DNA from: Chiloscyllium plagiosum
Taxonomy: Eukaryota
DNA length: 20,000 bases
Direction: 5' to 3'
Assembly (NCBI RefSeq): GCF_004010195.1
Contig: NC_057719.1
Span: 62,660,491-62,680,490 of the forward strand
Numbering within the stretch: position 1 is the stretch's first letter; every line of letters begins with the position of its first letter. The notes beneath the pieces were generated by a model that worked only from the letters and a program-made list of their open reading frames with translations, did no database searches and was not told the DNA's origin. Made by a program: the position numbers and the translations under genes. Of the stretch, positions 10,831-20,000 are shown in pieces.

Positions 10831-11520
10831 ATGGCTATTTTCTGTAAGGCTCCTATAGATTTGATTTAGACAGTAAGTGCCACTTGCATCAGTCATACTG
10901 AGAAACCAAGAACCAATTAAAAGCAGAGAGATTTGTCAGTAATTTTGTAAGAACTTGCTAAATAGCTTGCCCTAATTAGTGAGATAGTTGGCTTTTCCAG
11001 CCCTGGCACATGGGAAAAGCATAACAATTTTTTTAATTTCCATTTGTCTAAGTGGATTTGTCATAACACTTCAGGTAAGAGAAATGGTGCTGGGAGTTGT
11101 ATGTTTTCCTTATCCTCACTGCTGCTAGCCCTTTTCCTCTCCACTCTCAAGCTGTTCTGACAGGAAGGGGATTTTGTTTCAGATGGAATTATTGAAGCAT
11201 TATTTGCCTGTTCTGATCCTTGTATATTTAGTCCCCTTGCAAGATTAGTACAGAACCTCCTAAACTACAGTTTCTGGGAAGCCTGAGTACTGTTGTGATG
11301 CTTAACTGCTAAATAGACATTCTTAACCAGCCAATCCTTTAAAGCTTCTCACATTCAGGAAGGAGAAAGCACACCCAGAGTGAGAGACAACCTCAGTGAG
11401 CATGTCATCTGGGAATTTAGAGGTAGTGTCCGAATACAGCTGGTAAACATTTCTTTCCTTTCTCTATTTTAAGAGTTTCAACTTCAGTTGTCTCATGAGA
11501 ATGTTAAGAAGATGAATGGC

Positions 11521-11925
11521 TGTTAGAGTTTAAAAGGTTGAGGGGAGATCTAACAGAAACTTAGAAGATAATGCACGGGTTAGAAAGGGTGAACGCTGGG
11601 AAATTGTTTCCGTTCAGTGGGGAGACTAGGACCCATGGGCGCAGCCTTAGAATTAGAGGGGGTTAATTTAGAATGGAAATGAGGAGACATTTCTTCAGCC
11701 AGAGAGTGGTGGGCCTGTGGAATTCATTGCTATAGAGCTCAGTGGAGGCTGGGACATTAAATGTCTGCAAGGCAGAGATTGATAAATTCTTGAACTCGCA
11801 AGGAATTAAGGGCTACGGGGTGAGTGTGAGTGAGTCAAGTTGAAATGCCCATCGGCCATGATTAAATGTTGGAGTGGACTCGATGGGCCGAATTACCATA
11901 CTTCCATTCCTCTGTCTTATGGTCA
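11521..11925 (+). mobile_element. CR1-clade LINE 3' end
   Basis: aggttgaggggagatctaacagaa (RLRGDLTE), ttcttcagccagagagtggtgggcctgtggaat (FFSQRVVGLWN), tail ending tcttatggtc. Confidence 0.85.
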
Positions 11926-11964
11926 AAGATAGCTGACTGATGGGCAGTCAGTCACCTGAAGCCT

Positions 11965-12120
11965 GAACATTTAAAAACAATTTAGGTAAATACATTAATA
12001 AGAAATGCTTGAAGGGATAGGGGCCACATTCTAGCAGATGGGACTAGTTTAGTTTTGGATTACGCTCGGCATAGACTGACAGGACCAAAGGATCTGTTCC
12101 TGTGCTCTATGAATCTGTGA
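11965..12120 (+). mobile_element. Second CR1-like LINE 3' tail
   Basis: acatttaaaaacaatttaggtaaatacattaat...ggaccaaaggatctgttcctgtgctctatgaatctgtga. Confidence 0.65.
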
Positions 12121-12203
12121 ATAAGGCCTTCAAAGGTATTAATTGCTACTGAAGTTTAACTAGTGTGAGTTATCACAACTCACCTCAGCTTGTTTTAAAG
12201 GAT

Positions 12204-12386
12204 GATGTAGAGATGCCGGAGTTGGACTGGGGTGGACAAGGTCTAGGATCAGATTATAGTCCAACAGGTCTATTTGAAATCGAAAGCTTTTGGAGTTCAA
12301 CTACTGGTGAAGGAACAAAGCTCTAAAAGCTTGCAATTTCAAATAAACCTGTTGGACTATAACCCAGTGTTGTTTGATTTTTGACC
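12204..12386. mobile_element. Palindromic repeat (family C)
   Basis: ttatagtccaacaggtctatttgaaatcgaaagctttt (from 12254) is inverted relative to aaaagcttgcaatttcaaataaacctgttggactataa (to 12362). The left flank is the reverse complement of 10794-10830. Confidence 0.8.
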
Positions 12387-12507
12387 CTATTTAAGAGAGG
12401 GCCTGTTGAAAGTGCACCATCAGGAAGGAGAATTCTATCCAGTGAGACAGTCTGAGTGAGTATACATTTTGGGGAATTTGGAGGGAATGTGGGAATTTGG
12501 TGCAGAT

Positions 12508-12523
12508 GGGGGGGGGGGGGGGG
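12508..12523 (+). repeat. G16 homopolymer
   Basis: 16 consecutive G. Confidence 0.95.
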
Positions 12524-12813
12524 ATGAGTTGCCTTTTGCTTACTTTTTTTGGCTTAGACTTTGTAAAATTTTTAACAGGATAAATTAAAGCTCAGCCTCA
12601 AGGGCTGAGGGCAAAAGGGTGGTTAGCACTGCTGCCTCACAACGCCAGAGACCAAGGTTCGATTCCAGCCTCAGGTGACTGGTGGAGTTCACACAATCTC
12701 CCAGTGTCTGGGTTTTCTCCGTCTGCTCTGGTTTCTTCCCACAGTTCAGAGATGTGCAGGTTAGGTGAATTGGCCATAGTGTTCAGTGATGTGTCGGTTA
12801 AGTGCATTAGTCA

Positions 12814-13213
12814 GACCACAACAACACGACGGTTGGAGGAAGAGCACCTCATCTTCCGCCTAGGAACCCTCCAACCACAAGGGATGAACTCGGATTTCAC
12901 CAGTTTCCTCATTTCCCCTCCCCCCACCTTGTCTCAGTCAAATCCATCAAACTCAGCACCGCCTTCACAACCTGCAATCTTCTTCCTGACCTCTCCGCCC
13001 CCACCCCAGTCTGACCTATCACCCTCACCTTGACCTCTTTCCACCTATCGCATTTACGACGCCCCTCCCCCAAGTCCCTCCTCCCTACCTTTTATCTTAG
13101 CCTGCTGGACACGCTTTCCTCATTCCTGAAGAAGGGCTTATGCCCGAAACGTCGATTCTCCTATTCCCTGGATGCTGCCTGACCTGCTGCGCTTTTCCAG
13201 CAACACATTTTCA
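12814..13213 (+). mobile_element. 5'-truncated Penelope-like element: GIY-YIG endonuclease C-terminus plus terminal repeat with hammerhead motif
   Basis: Encodes TTTTRRLEEEHLIFRLGTLQPQGMNSDFTSF, typical of the PLE GIY-YIG C-terminal end. Flanked by GCATTAGTCA (12804-12813) and GCACTAGTCA (13214-13223). Confidence 0.9.
13121..13158 (+). ncRNA. Minimal type I hammerhead ribozyme motif (PLE-associated)
   Basis: CUGAAGA (13126-13132), A, stem II GGGC-UUAU-GCCC (13134-13145), GAAA (13146-13149), CG, UC (13152-13153). Palindromic ACGU stem III; stem I short (UC/GA, then imperfect). Confidence 0.7.
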
Positions 13214-13498
13214 GCACTAGTCATGGAAGATGTCAGGTTGTAGGGTAGGGGAATGGGTCTGGGTGGGATACTCTTGGGAGGATTGGTGTGGGTCTGTTGG
13301 GCCTAATGGCCTGTTGCCACACAGGGATTCTAATGTATAAAATGTAAATTCACCTGGTTGGCTGTAACTACTAGTTTGACTATCCGTTATGTTACTTTCA
13401 GACTGAAGGTAAATAGGAGCAATATTTACAGGCTACCAACTAAAAGACCAGAATTAATATTTTGAAAATCAGATAAGAACAACGTAATTAAAATAAAG

Positions 13499-16400
13499 AT
13501 GCAGAGCCAGGTGATGTGTTGTACCTGCATCATGTGGGAGCTGGTGGACCCTGTTCTGGTTCGTAGTGACTACATCTGTAGCAAATCTTGTTTTCTTAAA
13601 AAGCTCTGGCTGAGAGTTATTAATCTGGGGTCTGACCTTCAAATATGTGGCATAGTCGGGGACAGGAAAAATTACCTGGAGGCTGTTTTTCAGGAGGCAA
13701 TCACACTCCTTGGATTAACAACTTCGAATTTGGTCAGCGGTCAGGGACAGGAGGGTATAACTACAAGTGAGGCAGGTCGATGGATCCAGGAGGTAGTGCT
13801 GAAGGAGCATTAGCCCTTGAGCTTGTCTAATGCATCTTCCTCCCTGTGTGAATGAGAGTGGGAGCTGTGAGGAGGATAAGCAAACTGATAAAGTTCCAAG
13901 GGACTGTGTTAAGAGGGACCATTCAATGGAGGGGAGAGAAGAGAAATGTAGTTGTAATCCAGGATGGTATAGTCAGGGGAATAGACACTGTTTCTGTGAC
14001 CAGGATCAAGAGTCCTGAAGGCTCTGTTGCTGTCTAGTGCCCAGGTTTAGAATCTCTCATCTGACCGCAGAGGAATTTAGAGTGGGGAGGGGTACAATGT
14101 TGTTACCATGGTCCAGCCAGATAAGTAGGAAGAGGAAAGAGATTCTGTTGAGGAACTGAGAGTAGCTAGAGGCCAAATTAAAAAGCAGAACTGAAAAGGA
14201 AGTAATTTCTGGATTACTGTCTGAGTCGCAAGCTAATTGGTACAGGGTCAACAAGACAAGAGAGATAAACAGGTGATTCAAAGATTGGTGTGGGAGAAAC
14301 CGGTTCTAATTCATGGAACATTGGCACCAATACTGGGGAAAGCTGGAGCTATTCCAATGGGACAGGGTCCACCTGAATTCTGTTGGGACCTGAGTCCTGC
14401 TGAGTCGCACAAGCCGGGCTGTGGATGGGGCTTTAAATTAAATAGTTGGGAGGGGGTTCAGTTGCATGGGAAATTATAGAAAAAGTTAGAAGGTGGAGTC
14501 AGAAGGTCTCAGCAGAAGTTAAAGTTTCCAGGATATATGGTTGGGCAGAGAGTATGGATAAAGTCAGGAATCTTACTTGAACTTAACAGCTCAGGAGCCA
14601 ACTATGAGAAGATGACCAGTCAATGGAGGACTGAGGGTGTTGCATTCAAATGCACGCAATATGTAAAACAAGATAAATGAGCTAACAGTGCAGATCGGAA
14701 GCAGGAAATATGATGATGTGGGTTGTAAGGGGATCAGGGCTAAGAACTAAATATCCAAAGATACACATCCTATTGAAAGGACAGGTAGATGAGCAGAGGA
14801 AACAGGGTTGCCTGAAGTGATACAGAATCTCTGGGTAGAATTTAGGAATCACAAATGAGAAAAGATCTTGATCGGAGCTGTGTATAGGCCTCCTAGCAGT
14901 AGTCAGGATGTGGGGAAAAAAATAAATCAAGAGATAGAAAAGGCATGTAAAAAAGGCACTGTTATAATAAGCATAGGCAACTTCAATATGCTGGTGGACT
15001 GGGAAAATCAGATTGGTAATGGATCTCAAGAAGAGGAATTCGTGGAAAGTCTCTGAGAAGTTTTTGTTTTGGAGCCTACGAGGGAACAGGCAGTTCTGGA
15101 TTGGATGATGTGCAACGAGGCAAACTTGATTAGGGAGCTTCATGTGAAGGTACCTCGAACAGTCAATGATAGAATTCACCTTGGAGTTTGAGAGGGAGAA
15201 GCTGGAATCAGATGTAATGATATTATAATTGAGTAAAGGTAACTACAAAGACGTGAGGGAGGAGCTGGCCAGAGTTGATTGGAAGAGGAGCCCAGCAGGG
15301 AAGACATTGGAGCGGAACTGGCAGGAGTGTCTGGGGATTAATTAAGGAAGCAAAGCAGAATTTCATCCCCAGGAAGAATAAACATACAGAGGGGAGGATG
15401 AGGCAGGTGTGGCTGACCATGGAGGTCAGGGACAGTATAAAAGCAAAAGAAACAATATACAATATGGTGAAGATCAGTGGGAAACGAGAGAATTGGGAAG
15501 CCTTTAAAATCCAACAGAGGATATTTTTTTTAAAATAAAAGCAAAAGTCAGGGTGAAGATGAAATATGGCAGTAAGCTAGCTTGTAATATAAAAGAAGAT
15601 TGCAAGAGTTTTGTTGAATTTGTTAAGAAAAGTAAGAGTTGACAGTGAACCACTGGAAAATGAGGCTAAAGCAGTTGTAATGGGGAACAAAACAATGGCG
15701 CATGAACTGAATAGGTACTTTGCATCAGTTTTCACAGTGGAAGACACCAGCAGCATACCAGAACTTCAAGAGAGTCTGGGGGCCGAAATGAGTGCAGTGG
15801 CCATCACTAAGGAGAAGGTTCTGGGGAAACAACTGAAAGATCTGAAGATGGATCAATCACTGAGGCCAGATGGACTACAACTCCAGGGTTCTGAAGAAGA
15901 TAGCTGAACAGATTATAAAGACATTGTTGGTGATCTTTCAGGAATGACTGGAGTCATAGACGGTCTAGATGACTGGAAATGGCTAATGTAATACCTCTGT
16001 TTAAGAAGGGAGGGAGGCAGAAGACAGGAAATTATAGGCTGATTAGCTGACCTTGGTTTTTGGTAAGATTTAAGTTTTTCTTATGAAGGATAACACTGAG
16101 GATTACTTAGAACTGCATGGTAAAATATGCTGATTCAGCACAGCTTCATGAAGGGAAGGTCATGTCTGACAAATCTGTTGGAATTCTTTGAGGAATTGAT
16201 GAACAAGTCAGACAAAAGAGAGCCAGAGAATGTGATTTATCCAGAAGGCCTTTGACAAGATACCATACAGGAGGCTGCTAAATGAGACAAGAGCCTGTGG
16301 TGTCAGTGGCAAGGTTTTGGCATGGATAGAGGATTGGCTGACTAGCAGAAGGCAGAGATTAGAGATAAAGGGATATTTTCAGGATGGCAGCTGGTGACTA

Positions 16401-17380
16401 GTGGAATATCACAGCGGTTGGAACCACAGCCATTCATATTATACATTAATGATCTGGATGAAAGAACTAAAGGCCTTGTTACTAAATTTGAAGGTGACAC
16501 AAAAATAAGTAGAGGGGCTAGGAGTATTCAGGGACCAGGGAGTCTGCAGATGGATTTGGACAGGCTAGGATAGTGGACAAAGAAGTGGCAGATGGAAAAA
16601 TGTGGGAGAGTGTGAGGTTATGTACTTTGGTAAAAAGAATACAGATATCGATTCTTCTATAAATGGGGTCAGACTTTGGAAATCCGAAGCACAAAGGGAC
16701 TTGAGAAACCTTGTTCAGAATTTTCTTAAGGTTAACAGGCATATTTAGTTGGCAGTTTGGAAAGCAAATGCAATATTGACATTCAAGATTACAATAATAC
16801 AAATGCAAACATATACTGCTGAGGCTGTATAAGGTTCTGGAATTCGGAATATTGTGAGCAGTTTTGGGCCCCATATGGTCGGAAGGATGTGCTTCTGTTG
16901 GAGGGGATCCAGAGGAAGTTTACAAGAACTATCCCGAGATGGAAAGGTTTGTCTAATGAAGAGCATTTGAAACCCCGGGTCTGTACTTGATGGGTTTAAA
17001 GGGTGAGGGCAATCTGATGGAAATTTACAGAATACGGAGAGTCGAAAGTGTGCATAGGGAAGATGACTCCACCAGTAAGAGAGACTAGAACCCAAGGGCA
17101 CAGCCTTAAGGTAAAAGAACAATGCTTTAGAACAGAGGTGAGGAGGATTTTCTTCAGTCAGAGGGTTTTGAATCTGTGGAACTCACTGCTGTAGAAGGCT
17201 ATGGTGGCCGAGTCATTGTGTATATTTAAGAAAAATAGAGATCGATTGGTTGGTAAAAGAGTTGAGGATTACAAGAAGAAGGCAGCACAAGGGGGTTGAG
17301 AAACATCAGCAATGATTAAATGGTGGGGCAGATTTGACGGGCGAAATGGCCCAATTCCTCTCTGATTTCTGATGGTCCTA
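13499..17380 (+). mobile_element. Near full-length decayed CR1-clade (HER1-like) LINE: ORF1 (zinc finger plus esterase), ORF2 (APE endonuclease plus RT), 3' tail
   Basis: ORF1: CTCIMWE...YICSKS and NVVVIQDGIVRGID (GDS-IVRG esterase motif). APE: GAVYRPP, IGNFN. Linker: ELNRYFASVFTVED. RT: FMKGRSCLTNLLEFFEE (16145-16195), KAFD (16245-16256), KFEGDTK (16484-16504, mutated FADD). Many stops and frameshifts. Confidence 0.92.
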
Positions 17381-18304
17381 ATACCTCTGTCCCAAAGAGG
17401 CAAATCCAGGTAAACCTGTATGCCTTTGTAAACTTGCAAGGTTAATTAGAGGGTGTTTGTCATTTTATAGGTTAGGTGAACAGTTTTCATTTTAATATTC
17501 ATTAGTATCTGTAACCAAATGTATACGCTTGGAGGCATGATGTATAGGTATGTGGTAAGTCATGGCTTATTTTCTCTGATAGTAGTGGGTAATTCCTTGA
17601 CAGAACCTTCCTGTATAGAACAGAATTACACTTCACTAAACTTTAAACAGTCAGGTTGACCATACTGCCATTTATAATTGAAAGCACAATTCAAAGACAA
17701 AATCCTTCCAACCATAGTTGGTTTTCTCTTGGTGAAAATCAGCACTTAGATGCAACTTCCATAAAACTCGGAGAAGATTAACCATGATTTGATTTTTCTG
17801 TCACTTGAGATGAATTTTAAGCAATTGAACGAATGTAGCTCAAATGTGATTTGCTGTAATATCACGCTGGTGACCACTGCAGCACATATTATACCTTCAC
17901 TATTTTGTATTTGTATTCATTTTCTCTGGTCACAGGGATACATTGAGTTTGTCATGTGTTTTTAAATCTTCAGGCATTCCTGTCTTACCAGCATCATTGT
18001 GTCAAATCACTTCTTTGTTAAATGTTCACAAAATGTTTCCATGTTCAGTTCAAGCCGCCTTTTTGATTTGAAAGAGGAGTTTATTGGAAGGTTCAATGGG
18101 ATCAATGGTGCCCCTTAACCAGTGGATCAGGATGCAATCTTGTCACGAATACTGGAATGAAAGTTTCCAATATCTGTGAGTAACTTGTCAAACTTTGAGG
18201 TCAGAAAGATATTGCTAGCATAAGGAGTGAAAATCGTAATGTGTTTGAATGTATATTGTTGAAGTTGGTAAAATCACTATAATCTTACCGGACTCTGTCA
18301 TGAG

Positions 18305-18460
18305 TGGAGGATGACTGGTGATGATTTACCCTGAGGGTCACTACCCCCTCAGGCGAGAGGATGTCGAGGAAGAGAGTTTTTCATGGTAACCTCAGTTAGT
18401 GCGGGAATAGAACTCATGCTGTTGGTGACACTTTGTATCTCAAACTAGCCATCCAGCCAA
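18305..18460 (-). mobile_element. tRNA-derived SINE fragment (second family)
   Basis: Minus strand ttggctggatggctagtttg...catGAGTTCTATTCCCgcac (B-box-like)...tgaggttaccatgaa; internal hairpin CCTGAGGG...CCCTCAGG at about 18329-18353. Confidence 0.6.
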
Positions 18461-19654
18461 GTCAGGAGCGGTCTGTCCTGATTTGGTTTCCTCTTGACAC
18501 AGTGATATCAGTGGAAGCGTAGTTTAGTCTTCACTGAGAACCACCATGGAAATGAACAGATATATTCATGAGCAAATGTCCAGATTCTTGCAGAGCTCCA
18601 AGTTTTAACGCTATTGCACTGTAAAAGAAATTTAAATGTAACATCTAACAGAAACCAATGAACAATGCAATTCATATTCACCGAAAATGCTGATTGTTCA
18701 TCTTGTGGTGATGCGTTGAAATGTTCATATGAAGTTTCAGTGGACATTCTGATTGCTTTTTCCCAGAAGTATTAAAATTTATCTCTTGTGGATTTGCACA
18801 GGATTAGTCAGGTGAAACTAATTACAACGTAATTGAGAATAAAATCAAGTTGTTAGTTGATTGGTTGCCATTTTGGATTTGCTGCAACTTAATGAATGCA
18901 CAATACTGAAGTGCTGTGTTTGCATTTTCATGCCAATCATTAATTTGCACCTATATCATGGCTACTTTCTGATTATAATTAAATCACTTTGTCATTTGGA
19001 AACTGTAAACAAGATTCTCCTGTTTAAGCAGGAAATTATGTCAGGAGCTTAAACACGATTGCACAGTTGCAATGAAAATAAATTCTGCTCACTCAGAAAG
19101 TATTTCCAAGTGTTCAATAAAACAAGAATAACCCTTATGAGATAACCTGTAAAACTGCTCCCAGTAGTACAAATTACTACTCTATCTCAAAATGTATCTG
19201 GCTGCAGGCTGCAGAATCTTGTCTGCCTGGCAGGTTCACACACCATTCATACTATGCTGTAGAGGTTTCCTTAAAAAATATGGTAGTGTTTCATGCCTTA
19301 AGTGGGAATAAGAAAGTGTAGACATTAAAGGAAACTCTCTGGCCAAAATGATAGATAAATGCAATTTATTATCTACCACTGGTCTGGTAACGTGCAATCA
19401 GTATTTTCAGTTAAACTTATTTGAAGGTTGATGAGGACACAGTGTTACCTTGCAAAATCAAAATTGCAAAGTCAGTTTGTTTATCTTTTGTGAAATGCTT
19501 TGGGACACTTAAGGACATTTTTTGGGCATGTGAAAGCTGCTGTAATTTATTTTCTTTATCTTGGAGCTGTCTGAATAGAGCACATGTCTTACGTGAGCTT
19601 GTTTAAATATTGCTTGTTGAGAGCAACATATTGCAGTGCATGAGATTGTGCTTT

Positions 19655-19721
19655 AACATAGAACATATAGAACATAGAACAATACAGCACAGAACAGGCC
19701 CTTCGGCCCACGATGTTGTGC
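19655..19721 (-). mobile_element. CR1-like LINE 3' terminus with (TTCTATG)n tail
   Basis: Minus strand gcacaacatcgtgggccgaagggcctgttctgtgctgtattgttctatgttctatatgttctatgtt: stem-loop plus short tandem tail. Confidence 0.85.
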
Positions 19722-20000
19722 AACCGCAGGAGGTGCAAGACTTGCGCCCACACCTCCCCCCTCACCTCCCTCCAAGGCCCCAAAGGAAACTTCCATATCC
19801 GCCACAGATTCACCTGCACCTCCACACACATCATCTATTGCATCCTCTGCACCCGATGTGGCCTCCTCTATATTGGGGAGACAGGCCGCCTACTTGCGGA
19901 GCATTTCAGAGAACACCTCTGGGACACCCGGACCAACCAACCCAACCACCCTGTGGCTCAACACTTCAACTCCCCCTCCCACTCCACCAAGGATATGCAG
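19719..20000 (+). mobile_element. Penelope-like element GIY-YIG endonuclease region; open frame runs off the window end
   Basis: 94 stop-free codons: CNRRRCKTCAHTSPLTSLQGPKGNFHIRHRFTCTSTHIIYCILCTRCGLLYIGETGRLLAEHFREHLWDTRTNQPNHPVAQHFNSPSHSTKDMQ (Cys-rich linker, IIY...YIGET, HF motif). Absent from the ORF track because no stop is reached. Confidence 0.93.

Larger units (their letters stand above)
12610..13332 (+). mobile_element. tRNA-derived SINE (HE1-like/V-SINE), split by a Penelope insertion at 12814-13213
   Basis: gtggttagcactgctgcctcac head, Pol III B box GGTTCGATTCC at 12656-12666, central tctggtttcttcccacagt...gatgtgcaggttaggtgaattggccat, and LINE-like tail ttgggcctaatggcctgtt...gggattcta at about 13297-13332. 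Confidence 0.85.

Noticed and set aside
12615..12670. tRNA gene
   Set aside because: SINE head with a B box but no full cloverleaf; it continues into SINE body.
12704..13033. 109-aa ORF as a novel gene
   Set aside because: GTG-started chimera of SINE sequence and the PLE endonuclease end; no gene-like signals.
13499..16874. Multiple ORFs on both strands as host genes
   Set aside because: All are fragments or antisense frames of the decayed CR1 LINE.
1..20000. CRISPR array or prokaryotic defence/operon system
   Set aside because: No regularly spaced direct repeats or gene-dense ORFs; the sequence is a vertebrate intron-exon locus.
3584..20000. Next FUT8 coding exon
   Set aside because: No FUT8-like peptide recognised downstream, so the intron probably extends beyond the window. 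A short exon could have been missed by eye.

Overview
Vertebrate genomic DNA, most likely from a shark or other elasmobranch (inferred from HE1-like SINE, CR1/HER1-like LINE and Penelope repeat types). The only supported host gene sequence is the first coding exon of FUT8 (alpha-1,6-fucosyltransferase, + strand): acceptor AG at 3151-3152, a 228-nt 5'UTR portion, ATG at 3381 and a donor after 3583. The rest is intron, roughly half of it retroelement debris: a decayed near-full-length CR1-clade LINE (about 13499-17380), several CR1 fragments, two tRNA-derived SINEs, and many Penelope-like element (PLE) pieces (RT remnant, GIY-YIG endonuclease fragments, terminal repeats). Most notable: (1) three families of short PLE-terminal repeats share a minimal hammerhead-ribozyme layout (CUGANGA, stem II, GAAA, palindromic stem III), with one copy intact and sense to the FUT8 pre-mRNA; (2) four of these repeats are head-to-head palindromes; (3) the FUT8 exon has three uORFs and a tandem splice donor whose use would include a stop codon; (4) several nested insertions. 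All calls are by eye; no searches or folding computations were run.
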